A stretch of DNA of 64,000 nt, taken from NCBI GenBank assembly GCA_033762915.1, contig JANRLD010000081.1, positions 31,141 through 95,140 of the forward strand, read 5' to 3'. A program made the translations under genes and the position numbers. The notes below the pieces were generated by a model. It had not been told where the DNA came from, made no database searches, and saw only the letters and a list, made by a program, of their open reading frames with translations. Within the stretch, counting starts at the first letter, position 1; the number at the start of each line of letters is the position of its first letter. Below, piece after piece: positions 1 through 9,568 of the stretch. This stretch comes from Meiothermus sp. (GTDB lineage Bacteria > Deinococcota > Deinococci > Deinococcales > Thermaceae).

Positions 1-2148
1 CAGGAAGGGGTTGTTGAAGACCACACTGGCCCCCGCCGTCCCACCCACCGAGCCGTCGCGGTCCAAAAACACTCCGGCGCGGTAGCTGTCGGCGCTCTCG
101 TCGTCGGCGACCTCCTGGGCCGTGGGTTCGGGGCGGGGCGGGAAGTAGACCGCCTTGGCGTTGATGAAGCGCGCCCCCTCGGCGAAGTTGGCGCTCGAGA
201 TGTCGAAGGGGGTGAAGCGCAGGTAGCTCAGAGCGCCCGACTCGCGGGTCAGGCCCGAGCAGGCCGCACTGCCGCCGCTGCCCCCGACCAGGGCCAGAGC
301 GCCGAAGTTGCGGAACTCCACCCCCCTGAAGCCGATCTGGCCGTCGTAGAACTCGAAGCCCCGGGGGGTGAAGCCGGCGCTGGTGGGGTCCCACGGCCGG
401 GGCAGCGAGCGGCCATCGGCGCCGCGGCACTCCCAGGCCTCGGGGCTGCCGCGGTTGGCCGAGTCGCCCACGATCAGCGAGTTCTCGAGGGTCGAGTCGG
501 TGGAGGCGAAGGTGACCCCGATGGCGTTGTCGGCCATGCGAGCGCCGATCAGCTTGTGGTGCTCGCCGCGCAGCCAGGCCGCGTTGCCGCGGTTCTTGTA
601 GGCGGTGAAGGTCCTGAACTCGGCCACCACCGGCGGGTTCCTGGCGTCGTCGTTCTCGAGCTGCCCGCGGCTATTCCTGAGGGCGGGGCTGGTCTTGGGG
701 ATGTAGGAGGCGGTCTCGGCCTGCCCGCCGGCGTCGGGGCCGCGGTCGACCATCAGGCCGTCCTGGTTGGAGTGGGCCACGTTGCCGGAGAACTCGCCCA
801 GCGGGGCGCGGCGGGGGAAGACGCTGGCGTCGTTGGTGGCCGACTTGGAGGCCCCGGTGGGGTTTTGCGGCAGGGCGTACCAGAAGCCGGTGTGGTGCGA
901 ACCCGCCGCCACGTTGTTCCGCACGGTGTTGTCGGGGTGGGTGATCCAGAAGGTGGCGGGGTCGCGGTCGGTGGGGATGACCGGGCGCTCGCCCCGGCTG
1001 GCGTCGGGGCGGCGGGTGCGGATGCCGAGGTTGCCCTCGATCAGGTTCTTGGTCTCGGCGCCGTCCTCGAGGAAGTAGCAGTGGCCGGTGGAGTCGTAGG
1101 CCACGTTGCCCACCACCTCAGCGTAGTGGGCGGCGTGTACGGTCACGCAGCGGTTGAAGGTCTGCCAGATCGAGCTTCGCCGGATGTACTGCCCCTTCAC
1201 GTCGCCCGCCAAGTGCCAGTGGATGGGGTAGCGGCCCAGCAGGTTGCGCTGGCCCATCCGCCACAGCTCGACGCCCGAGACCCGCATCCAGCCGCCCTGC
1301 ATGGACATGATGTGCCCGCCCAGACCAGCCTGAACAGAGGCGTCGTCGCCGCGCACGGTGATGTTGCGGGTGAGCAGACCCACCTCGCCGCGCATCTCAA
1401 CGCCCTCCGAAACGTCGCTGAAGTGCTCGTAGCGCAGGCGGTTGCTCGAGGGCTGCCCGAACTGCTGCGGCACCCGCTGCGAGGCCGCCAAGGTGAGGGT
1501 GTTGCCCTGGATGCCGCCGATGCGGAAGACCTCGGCCTGGTCGGCGTTGTAGTCGGTGGAGGCCAGCACGATCTCGTCACCCACCCGCCAGCCCGCAGCG
1601 TCTTGCACGCTGATTTGCGTCGCGCCCCTGGGGGCGGTAGAGGCCAGGCGCGTCCAGCCGTTGCGCGGTTCGCCGTGGAGCTCCAAAACCCCCCCACCCA
1701 TCACCCCGATCAGCTTGGTGCCCATCCCCATGTTGAGGGCGTTCTCACTGGCGTTGGTGCCGGTCAGGGTAATCAGGGCCCGCTTGGTGAAGGGCCGCTC
1801 GGGCGTGCCCACCTCGAGCCGCCCGTGCACCATGATCCACTTGGTGGTGAGGGCCAAATCCTTGTCGGCGAACTTGAGGCTGCCCTGGATGTTGAGGCCC
1901 TCGAGGCTGGGCGTGTCCACGTCGAGGGTGACCTCGGTTCCCGCCGGAACAGTCACGACCTCGCCCGCCCTGGGCACCTGGCCCGAGGGCCAAGTCCTGG
2001 CATCCGACCAGACCCCGGTCTTGGTGACGGGCACCGAGCCCCCGACAGGCGGCGTAACCCCGCCCCCCAGTCCGGGCGCGGTGGTGGCGCCCCCGCAGGC
2101 CGACAGAACCAGCACCAGCAGTACGGATATGAGTGCCACAGGTTTCAT
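1..2148 (-). CDS. G8-domain lipoprotein with CEMIP/TMEM2-like beta-helix (runs off the window edge)
   Basis: Missing from the ORF track because its stop is outside the window. Manual translation from the ATG at 2148 (GGAGG RBS) gives MKPVALISVLLVLVLSAC (lipobox), a G8 domain (WSDARTWPSGQVPRAGEVVTVPAG...RALITLTG), then EMRGEVGLLTRNI, RMGQRNLLGRYPIHWH, FNRCVTVH, GHCYFLEDGAET and PATFWITHPDN. Confidence 0.85.
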   Translation of the reverse strand, partial: MKPVALISVLLVLVLSACGGATTAPGLGGGVTPPVGGSVPVTKTGVWSDARTWPSGQVPRAGEVVTVPAGTEVTLDVDTPSLEGLNIQGSLKFADKDLALTTKWIMVHGRLEVGTPERPFTKRALITLTGTNASENALNMGMGTKLIGVMGGGVLELHGEPRNGWTRLASTAPRGATQISVQDAAGWRVGDEIVLASTDYNADQAEVFRIGGIQGNTLTLAASQRVPQQFGQPSSNRLRYEHFSDVSEGVEMRGEVGLLTRNITVRGDDASVQAGLGGHIMSMQGGWMRVSGVELWRMGQRNLLGRYPIHWHLAGDVKGQYIRRSSIWQTFNRCVTVHAAHYAEVVGNVAYDSTGHCYFLEDGAETKNLIEGNLGIRTRRPDASRGERPVIPTDRDPATFWITHPDNTVRNNVAAGSHHTGFWYALPQNPTGASKSATNDASVFPRRAPLGEFSGNVAHSNQDGLMVDRGPDAGGQAETASYIPKTSPALRNSRGQLENDDARNPPVVAEFRTFTAYKNRGNAAWLRGEHHKLIGARMADNAIGVTFASTDSTLENSLIVGDSANRGSPEAWECRGADGRSLPRPWDPTSAGFTPRGFEFYDGQIGFRGVEFRNFGALALVGGSGGSAACSGLTRESGALSYLRFTPFDISSANFAEGARFINAKAVYFPPRPEPTAQEVADDESADSYRAGVFLDRDGSVGGTAGASVVFNNPFL

Positions 2149-2373
2149 GGATTCCTCCAGATTAAGCCTCAGGGCGAGGCCGGTTATGGGCAGGTGACCG
2201 AAACTCCGTCGCCGCCCGTGACTTCCAGACCCAGGTTAGCGACCTATTCCCGCGTCAAACCGCCAAAGGGATTAAGTTACTCTTTAGCCAACGTTAGAAA
2301 AACCGTTAAGGAACCCTGGCCCGCCCAGCGCGGGCCGACTCCATGCCCTCACCAAACTTGCAGGAACAGCTTA

Positions 2374-2402
2374 TTGCGAGTAGTTACTATTAGCGCTAGA
2401 CT
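2374..2402 (+). promoter_or_regulatory. sigma70-type promoter for the leaderless ZIP gene
   Basis: TTGCGA-N17-TAGACT, 5 nt before the GTG at 2408, with no SD sequence. Confidence 0.5.
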
Positions 2403-2407
2403 AGGCT

Positions 2408-3148
2408 GTGCATTCGACCGTCCTCGAGGTCTTCCTCTTCGCAACCGTCACCGCGCTGGCCACCGGGCTAGGGGCTCTCCCCTTCTTCTTCACCAGGCAG
2501 TTCAGCCGCCACTACCTTGGTCTGGCCAACGCGGTGGCGGCGGGCCTCATGATCGCGGCCAGCTTCGGCCTGGTCTACGAGGCCACGCCGCTGGGGCTGT
2601 GGCCCACCGTGGCCGGGATTCTGCTGGGTCTGGTCTTCATCATCCTCTCTCAGCGGGTGCTCGAGCGCTACGAGGAGGTGAGTATCGGCAGCCTGACCGG
2701 CTTCAACGCCCAAAAGGCCCTGCTCCTAATCGGGGTGATGACCGCACACTCGTTTGCCGAGGGGGTGGGGGTGGGGGTGAGCTTTGGCGGTGGCGAAGCC
2801 TTCGGCCTCCTGATCACCATCGCGATCGCCATCCACAACATCCCCGAGGGGCTGGCCATCAGCCTGGTGCTGGTGCCCAAGGGCGTTTCGCCCTGGAAGG
2901 CGGCGGGCTGGAGCGTCTTCTCCTCGCTGCCACAGCCGCTGATGGCGGTTCCGGCCTTCCTTTTCGTGGAGGCCTTCCGCCCCTTTTTGCCGGTAGGGCT
3001 GGGCTTCGCAGCGGGCGCGATGATCTGGCTAGCGGTCTCGGAGATCCTGCCCGAGGCGTTTGAGGACGCCGACCACAAGGCAGTCGCGACGGCCTTCACC
3101 CTCTCGATCGCAGGCATGGTGGCACTGCAGGTGCTGCTGGCGGGGTGA
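2408..3148 (+). CDS. ZIP (ZupT/GufA) family metal transporter
   Basis: Hydrophobic protein with HSFAEG and IAIHNIPEG motifs. Confidence 0.9.
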   Translation: MHSTVLEVFLFATVTALATGLGALPFFFTRQFSRHYLGLANAVAAGLMIAASFGLVYEATPLGLWPTVAGILLGLVFIILSQRVLERYEEVSIGSLTGFNAQKALLLIGVMTAHSFAEGVGVGVSFGGGEAFGLLITIAIAIHNIPEGLAISLVLVPKGVSPWKAAGWSVFSSLPQPLMAVPAFLFVEAFRPFLPVGLGFAAGAMIWLAVSEILPEAFEDADHKAVATAFTLSIAGMVALQVLLAG

Positions 3149-3215
3149 GCCCCGCAGCGTCTCAGCGCGAGCCACCCCACACATCCTGCCGCCCCCGTCC
3201 AATAAGCTCAGGGCA

Positions 3216-4136
3216 ATGAGTAACTTCATCCACTTCAAAGGCCTCGAGCCCGTCGCGCCGCTGGGGGTGGGGACCTGGCAGTGGGGCGACAAGCTGGTGT
3301 GGGGATTCGGCAAGGGCTACCAGGAGACCGACGCCAAGGAGGCCTACGCCGCCGCGCTGCGCGGGGGCGTGCAGCTCTTCGACACCGCCGAGGTCTACGG
3401 CCTGGGCGAGTCGGAGCGGATGCTGGGGCGCTACTACCACGCGGGCGCGGCCAGGCCGCTGGTGGTGAGCAAGATGTTCCCCTTCCCCTGGCGCTTCAGC
3501 CGCAAGGTTATGCTTTCAGCACTGAGGAAAAGCCTTTCCAGGCTGCAGATGGACAAGCTCGACCTCTATTTGCTGCACTGGCCCTGGAAGCCGGTGAGCC
3601 TCGAGCAGTGGGGCGAGTCGCTGGCTGAGGCCTACGAGTTGGGGCTGACCAAGGCCGTGGGGGTGTCGAACCACGACCTGCCTCAGATGGAGCGGGTGGC
3701 CAAGGTGCTCGCAAGGCATAACGTCCCACTGGCCGCCAACCAGCTCGAGTACCACCTGCTGGAGCGTAGGCCCGAGAGTAGCGGGCTGTTCAAGGCCATG
3801 CAGGCCGAGGGCATCGTGCTGATGGCCTACAGCCCGCTGGCAATGGGCTGGCTGACCGGAAAGTACAGCCTCGAGAACCCCCCACCCGGCCGCTACCGCG
3901 CTGCCCGCTACACCGCCAAGCGCGAACGCATCCCCAAGGTCATCAAGAGCCTGCAAGAGATCGCCCAAGCCCACGGGGCCTCGCCCGCCCAGGTGGCCCT
4001 GCGCTGGTGCATCCAGAAGGGCACCCTGCCCATTCCGGGGGTCAAGAACGCCCGGCAGGCCGAGGGCAACGCGGCGGCGCTGCGCCTCGAGCTGACCCCC
4101 GAGGAGATGCGCCGCCTGGATTTTGTGAGCGCCTGA
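3216..4136 (+). CDS. Aldo/keto reductase
   Basis: LGVGTWQWG, FDTAEVYG, DLYLLHWP, VGVSN, AYSPLAMG and IPGVKN motifs. Start moved to the ATG at 3216. Confidence 0.9.
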   Translation: MSNFIHFKGLEPVAPLGVGTWQWGDKLVWGFGKGYQETDAKEAYAAALRGGVQLFDTAEVYGLGESERMLGRYYHAGAARPLVVSKMFPFPWRFSRKVMLSALRKSLSRLQMDKLDLYLLHWPWKPVSLEQWGESLAEAYELGLTKAVGVSNHDLPQMERVAKVLARHNVPLAANQLEYHLLERRPESSGLFKAMQAEGIVLMAYSPLAMGWLTGKYSLENPPPGRYRAARYTAKRERIPKVIKSLQEIAQAHGASPAQVALRWCIQKGTLPIPGVKNARQAEGNAAALRLELTPEEMRRLDFVSA

Positions 4137-4148
4137 GGGGGCTTCGCC

Positions 4149-5087
4149 TCACTCGCAGCGCGGCGGCAGGAACAGGTCGAGGGTGTTGACCGGGTCTATG
4201 GCGGCGGTAGTGGCCCCGGCGGGCAAGTAGATTTGTTCCCCCACCGCCACCGCGACGCTGCCGTGCTTGGGCACCGGCATCTGGCGCAGCGCCGTCCAGC
4301 GCCCCCTGCCGACGTGGTAGACCTCGACCTCGACAAACATCCCAATGCGTGACTGGCGGTTGCCCTCGCCCGCGATGGCGTAGATGCACTCTCCGATGGC
4401 CGCCACCATGTGCCCCGAGCGCCCGGTGGGCATCGGCGACAGCACCTGCCAGCGGCCCGCCCTGGGGTCGAAGACCTCGAGGTGCCGCAGATCGAACACC
4501 CCGTCCCTGCGCCCGCCCGCCACGTACAGCTTGCCTCCCACCACCGCCACCCCGGCGTGGTCTCGAGGGTTGGGCATGGGGGGCAGGGCCGTCCAGGCGT
4601 TGGCCTTGGGGTCGTAGACGGCCAGGTCGCCCAGCGAGGGGCCGTTGGCCCCACCCACCGCGTAGATTTTCCCCTCGATCACCGCCGCCGAGAGCGCGCC
4701 CCTGGGGCTGGGCATGGGGGCGGCCTGGCTCCAGCGGCCCGTGGCAGGGTTGTACACCTGCACCTCGGCGGTAGCCTGCGAAAGGCCGCTGCGGTAGCCG
4801 CCCATCACGTACACCCGCCCGTCCAGCCCCACCGCGGCAGGGTGGTTGACGGGGGTGGGCATGGCCTCGAGACGGGTCCAGCGGCCCGCCTGCAGGTCGA
4901 AGACCTCGAGCGTCCCCGTGGTGGCCCCGCTGCCCAGGAAGCCCCCGGCCACGTAAATCTTGCCGTCCAGCAGCGCCACCCCGACCTCCTGTCGGGCCTC
5001 CGCCAGCGGGGCCAGGCTGCGCCAGACCCCCCCCTGCGCCAGGGCCAACGCCGCAACCGCCCAGACTGCCCACACCAATTGTCGCAT
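4149..5087 (-). CDS. Secreted Kelch-repeat beta-propeller protein
   Basis: Signal peptide followed by six GKIYxxGG...YDP...W Kelch repeats. Confidence 0.9.
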   Translation of the reverse strand: MRQLVWAVWAVAALALAQGGVWRSLAPLAEARQEVGVALLDGKIYVAGGFLGSGATTGTLEVFDLQAGRWTRLEAMPTPVNHPAAVGLDGRVYVMGGYRSGLSQATAEVQVYNPATGRWSQAAPMPSPRGALSAAVIEGKIYAVGGANGPSLGDLAVYDPKANAWTALPPMPNPRDHAGVAVVGGKLYVAGGRRDGVFDLRHLEVFDPRAGRWQVLSPMPTGRSGHMVAAIGECIYAIAGEGNRQSRIGMFVEVEVYHVGRGRWTALRQMPVPKHGSVAVAVGEQIYLPAGATTAAIDPVNTLDLFLPPRCE

Positions 5088-5176
5088 GGCTCCAGTGTAG
5101 ACAGACCGATCTCAAATACGGTGAGAAGCGCTTCACCTCAGCCGCACCAGCGGCGCAGACGCCTAGCCCTCGAGGT

Positions 5177-6391
5177 CTACTCGAACCGCAGCGCCTCAAT
5201 CGGGTCGAGTGCCGCCGCCCGGGCCGCCGGAAGCACCCCGAAGGCCAGACCCACACCCGCGCTCACCAGCAGTGCCACCATCACCGTTACCGGGTTGAGG
5301 ATGAAGACCGGGAAGAAGGGCACCACGGCGGTGATCAGCAGCAGCAGTCCGGCCGCCAGCAGAACACCCAACGCCCCGCCGACCAGGGTCAGCACCACCG
5401 CCTCGATCAGGAACTGCTGGCGGATCAGGCCTGCCGTCGCGCCCAGGGCCTTGCGCAGGCCGATCTCCCGCGTGCGCTCGGTCACGCTCACCAGCATGAT
5501 GTTCATGATCCCGATGCCGCCCACCAGGAGTGACAGGCCCGCGATGCCGCCCAGCAGCCCCTGCAAAATGCCGGTGATGGTGGCCAGGGTGCCCTGGAAG
5601 CTCTCGGTGGACTGGATGGTGTACTTGCCCTGCCCGAAGCGGCTCTCGTAGATCTGGCGCACCTGGCGCTGCACCTCGCGGCTGTTGGCCTCGCGGTTGA
5701 GGGCCAGCACCACGAAGTCGTAGTTGCCCCTGGTCTGGGCCGGCCAGTTATTCCAGATGTACTCGTTGGGCACGTAGACGGTGGCGCTGCTGCCCAGCCC
5801 GCCGAAGATGCCGCTGGGCGGCTCGAGCACCCCGATCACGGTTAGCTCGGCGCGGCTCCCGGAGGGCGAGAACAGCCGCACCTCCTGGCCGACGGGGTCG
5901 CGCCCGGTCGGGAAGAGGTCTTTGGCGGCGCGGTCGGAGAGCACCGCCACCGCCGCCCCGGCCCTGGCCTCGGCCTCGCCGAAGTAGCGCCCTCGAGCAA
6001 TTTTGTTGGTGGGGTCGAGGCGCGGAAGGTCGCCGGGGGTGCCCTGAAAGGTGATGCTGCGGCGCTCACCGGGGCGGCTCTCGTACTGGGCGTTGGTGAA
6101 GAGCTGCGGGATCACCCGCACCGGCAGGCGGCGCAGTACCTCCATCTCCTCCTCGCGGATAGGGGCAGTCTGGGCGTTGCCGCCAGCATTAAAGTCCGGC
6201 TGCACGAAGATCGAGCGGCCCGCCACCGCCTCGAGGCTCTGGTTGATCCCTGCGGTGGCCATCTGACCCAGCGAGATCATCGCCGTCACCGCAAACACCC
6301 CGATCACGATGCCCAGGAGCGCCAGGAAGCTGCGCAGCTTGTTCTGCCACAGCGACTCAAAGGCCATGCGGAAGTTCTCCAGGGGGTTCAT
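5177..6391 (-). CDS. MacB-like ABC transporter permease
   Basis: NKLRSFLALLGIVIG, GGIGIMNIMLVSVTERTREIGLRKALGA and DPIEALRFE. Confidence 0.93.
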   Translation of the reverse strand: MNPLENFRMAFESLWQNKLRSFLALLGIVIGVFAVTAMISLGQMATAGINQSLEAVAGRSIFVQPDFNAGGNAQTAPIREEEMEVLRRLPVRVIPQLFTNAQYESRPGERRSITFQGTPGDLPRLDPTNKIARGRYFGEAEARAGAAVAVLSDRAAKDLFPTGRDPVGQEVRLFSPSGSRAELTVIGVLEPPSGIFGGLGSSATVYVPNEYIWNNWPAQTRGNYDFVVLALNREANSREVQRQVRQIYESRFGQGKYTIQSTESFQGTLATITGILQGLLGGIAGLSLLVGGIGIMNIMLVSVTERTREIGLRKALGATAGLIRQQFLIEAVVLTLVGGALGVLLAAGLLLLITAVVPFFPVFILNPVTVMVALLVSAGVGLAFGVLPAARAAALDPIEALRFE

Positions 6392-7071
6392 TCGGCAATC
6401 CTCCCGTCCCTCAGCCGCACGATGCGCTGCGCCCGCGCGCCCACGTCGGGCTCATGGGTGACCATCACGATGGTCTTACCCTGGCGGTGAAGCTGATCAA
6501 ACAGCTCGAGGATTTCGTCCGAGCTCTTGGAGTCGAGGTTGCCCGTGGGCTCGTCGGCCAGGAGCAGGTCGGGCTGTTGGACTAGCGCCCTGGCGATCGC
6601 CACCCGCTGTTTCTGGCCGCCGGAAAGCTCGGAGGGCAGGTGATCCATACGGTCGCCCAGGCCGACCGACTCGAGGGACGCCCGGGCCCGCTTAAGGCGC
6701 TCCACCGCCGACATGCCACGATAGACCAAGGGCAGCGCGACGTTGTGCAGGGCGGTGAGGCGCGGCAGCAGGAAGAAGGCCTGAAAGACGAAGCCCACCC
6801 GCTGGTTACGCACCTTGGCCAGCACGCCCTCGGGCACCTTGGTCACGTCGTCGCCGCCGAGCTGATAGCTGCCGCTGCTGGGCGAGTCCAGCAGCCCGAT
6901 GATGTGCATCAGCGTGGACTTTCCCGAGCCCGACGGCCCCATCAGCGCCACGTACTCTCCCTGCCCCACCGTGAGGTCTACACCTTGCAGCGCCCGCACC
7001 TCGACCTGCCGGGCGCTGCTGCCCGAGCGGTAGGTCTTGGTGACACCGGTCATCTGCACGACGGCGTTCAC
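6388..7071 (-). CDS. ABC transporter ATP-binding protein (LolD/MacB type)
   Basis: [17 protein letters not shown] and [11 protein letters not shown]. Confidence 0.95.
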   Translation of the reverse strand: MNAVVQMTGVTKTYRSGSSARQVEVRALQGVDLTVGQGEYVALMGPSGSGKSTLMHIIGLLDSPSSGSYQLGGDDVTKVPEGVLAKVRNQRVGFVFQAFFLLPRLTALHNVALPLVYRGMSAVERLKRARASLESVGLGDRMDHLPSELSGGQKQRVAIARALVQQPDLLLADEPTGNLDSKSSDEILELFDQLHRQGKTIVMVTHEPDVGARAQRIVRLRDGRIAE

Positions 7072-7159
7072 GGCGTCGCTCCGCGATGGGGGGCAACGGG
7101 CGGCAGCAGGCGGAGGGTCGCCGCCGACCTCCCTGCCCCACTCCCCACTCCCTGCCTGC

Positions 7160-8371
7160 TCATTTCCCCTCCTCGAGTACGTAGCTCACCTTCGAGCCGT
7201 CGCGCAGTGCCTCGGGCGCCAGGGACACCAGCAGCGCGTCGGGGCTCAGGCCCTCGACGGCGGCCTGGGTGAGGTTGCGGGCCCGGACGGTGATAGGAGT
7301 TTTTTTGACGGTTCGGGCGGCGGGGTCGATCAGCCAGACCGAGGTTTGGCGGTTCTCCTCGAGCAGGGTCTCGAGGGGGATGCGCACCGCGCTTTGCAGG
7401 CGCAGGGTGGTGATGCGGGTGGTGGCGGTGAGGCCGGGGCGGGCCAGGGTTTCGGCCTGGGGCCCCAGGAAGCGGATGAAGACCGGCAAGACCGCGCTAC
7501 CCCCGCCGCCGGTGGTCTCGGCCTGCACCCCAAGCCGATCAACCTTGCCGGTCAGCGGCTGACCCGGGGCGGAGTCGAGTTCGATCCGCACCGGCTGGCC
7601 GGGGCGCACGCCCGCGATGTCAGCCTCGGTCAGCCGGGTCTGAATCCGGAGGCTGCCCGCCTCCACCAGCCGGATCGAGGGGGCCTGAGTTCCAGAGGCC
7701 GTAGTGGTGTCCACCCCCACCAGGTAGCCCACGCTCGAGACGCTCCCCGCCACAGTGGCCCGCAGGCTGGATTGGCTGATCGTGCGCTGCAAGTTGGCGA
7801 TCTCGGCCTGCCGGGCCTGAATCTGGGCCTGGAGGTCTTGCCGGGTGCTCTGGCTGCCCTGGTCGAGAGAGTTGAGCTGGGCCTGGAGGTCGGCGACCTG
7901 ACGCTGCAGGCTTTGCACCTCGTTGGGGGCCGCGCTGCCCACGGCCAGCAGGCGGCGGGACAGCTCGAGGTTACGTCGGGCTTCGCCCAGTTGGGTCTGA
8001 AGGCGGCTGCGGTTGGAGCTCACCTCGGCAGCACTGCTGGTCACCCGGCTTTGCAGGGCGACCAGGTTCTCGCGCGCGGTCTGGAGCTGGGCCTGCTCAC
8101 TGGCGGTGTCCAGCACCGCCAGCACCTGTCCGGCCTGGACGTTTTGGCCCTCGCGCACCCGCACCTCGGCCACCCGCCCCGGCCTGCTGAACGTCAGGTT
8201 GTACAGGCGCGCCTCGACGGTTCCGGTGGCCCGCACCTCGCGCACGAACTCCCCCTGCGAGGCCCTGGCCACGTTGACCGATATCCCCTGCTGCGCCCTC
8301 GGGCGCAGCAGCCCAAAAGCCGTCAGACCCGCGACGAGCAGCACGATGGGTATCCAAATCCAGCGTCTCAT
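7160..8371 (-). CDS. Efflux periplasmic adaptor (MacA/HlyD-like membrane fusion protein)
   Basis: N-terminal TM anchor, lipoyl-like halves (GRVAEVRVREGQNVQAGQVL) around a coiled coil, adjacent to MacB-type genes. Confidence 0.88.
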   Translation of the reverse strand: MRRWIWIPIVLLVAGLTAFGLLRPRAQQGISVNVARASQGEFVREVRATGTVEARLYNLTFSRPGRVAEVRVREGQNVQAGQVLAVLDTASEQAQLQTARENLVALQSRVTSSAAEVSSNRSRLQTQLGEARRNLELSRRLLAVGSAAPNEVQSLQRQVADLQAQLNSLDQGSQSTRQDLQAQIQARQAEIANLQRTISQSSLRATVAGSVSSVGYLVGVDTTTASGTQAPSIRLVEAGSLRIQTRLTEADIAGVRPGQPVRIELDSAPGQPLTGKVDRLGVQAETTGGGGSAVLPVFIRFLGPQAETLARPGLTATTRITTLRLQSAVRIPLETLLEENRQTSVWLIDPAARTVKKTPITVRARNLTQAAVEGLSPDALLVSLAPEALRDGSKVSYVLEEGK

Positions 8372-8480
8372 AACACCTCAAAATCAGCGGAGCCACGAAG
8401 AAGAGAAAAGGAAGGCGAAGGCGACCGCGCGAATCCAGCGGTTTCTCCTCCCTCGTGCGTCTTTTCTCCCTCCCCGCGTC

Positions 8481-9566
8481 TCATTGGTTGCCCGCAACGC
8501 GCAGCCCGTACCCGGCGTTCCACAGCTCGGCCAGCGCGGCCTGCACGGCGCGGTCAGCCTCCTGCTTGGCGATCTGGGACTGCTTGAGGGTGACCTGGGC
8601 GATCGCGCCTGCCTGGAAGCGGCGCTGGGCGGCGGCGAGTTCGGCGGTGACTCGAGTCTGGCTCTCCCGGGAGAGGCGGAGGTTTTCCTGGGCGCTCTGG
8701 TAACGGCGGCGGGCGGCCTCGAGGGTGTCGGAGAGGGTGCGCTGCACGTCGGACAGGGCGGCCCTGGCACGGGCCAGGTCGCGCTCGCGGGCGGCGCGGT
8801 CAAGCGGCGGGGAGTCGGGGCCAGCCGCCAGGGCCAGCGCCCGCTCGGCCTCTCTGGCCTGCTGGGCCGCCTCCAGCGCCCGCGCGTGGTTCGTCACGGC
8901 AAAGCGGGTCGGCTCGAGGGCAGGCGGCTCGGGCAGGGCCTGCGGGGTGATGTTGCCGTAGGGCCTCAGACGGGCCTGGGCTTGATCCAGCGCCCGCTGG
9001 GCGCTGCGGACGGCGGAGGCGGCCTGGGCATCCTGGTCGCGCACTCGAGCCAAGTCCGCGTTCGAGATGGCCCCCGCCCGGAAGCGCAGCTCGGCGGCCT
9101 GGAGTTGCAGCGCGGTCAGCTCCTTGCGCTCACCTGCCAGCGCCACGTCGGCCTGGGCCACCAGCACGCCCGCATAGGCCTCGACGGCCCTCGACTCCGA
9201 CTCCTCCCTGGCCTGCGCCAGCTTGGCCTGATTAACCGCCACACCTTCCTGCGCCCGGGTCAGGCTTAACTGCGCCGCCTCGGGGTCGCCCTGCTGCCGC
9301 CGCAGCTCGTCCTGCGCCGCGGCCAGGGCCCGCTCGGCGTCCTGATAGGCGGTGTCGCGGGTGTAGGCGTTTTGGAGGAAGGCCGCGATGGGCTGGGCGA
9401 AAGCAGGCGAGGGGAGGCCAATGAGAAAAGCGGAAAGCAACAGCACAACGACCGCCTGTCTGTCCAGCCACCTTTGGCCTCGCGTCTCGCGCGCCCCGCG
9501 TCCCTGATCATCGGCTCCCGACACTCGGCTCGGTGCTTGCACCATGAATCTCGACATGTTCGACAT
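8481..9566 (-). CDS. TolC family outer membrane efflux protein
   Basis: Helical repeats with RFRAGAIS and RFQAGAIA motifs. Start is uncertain (GTG 9572, ATG 9566 or later); the ORF-track extension to 9956 overlaps the upstream gene. Confidence 0.75.
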   Translation of the reverse strand: MSNMSRFMVQAPSRVSGADDQGRGARETRGQRWLDRQAVVVLLLSAFLIGLPSPAFAQPIAAFLQNAYTRDTAYQDAERALAAAQDELRRQQGDPEAAQLSLTRAQEGVAVNQAKLAQAREESESRAVEAYAGVLVAQADVALAGERKELTALQLQAAELRFRAGAISNADLARVRDQDAQAASAVRSAQRALDQAQARLRPYGNITPQALPEPPALEPTRFAVTNHARALEAAQQAREAERALALAAGPDSPPLDRAARERDLARARAALSDVQRTLSDTLEAARRRYQSAQENLRLSRESQTRVTAELAAAQRRFQAGAIAQVTLKQSQIAKQEADRAVQAALAELWNAGYGLRVAGNQ

Positions 9567-9568
9567 AC

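Noticed and set aside
556..3063. 835-aa plus-strand ORF and many other long shadow ORFs (e.g. 7037-8587, 28239-30350, 31956-33530, 61287-63077)
   Set aside because: They are antisense or alternate-frame to clear genes; long open frames are expected at this GC content and have no recognisable motifs.
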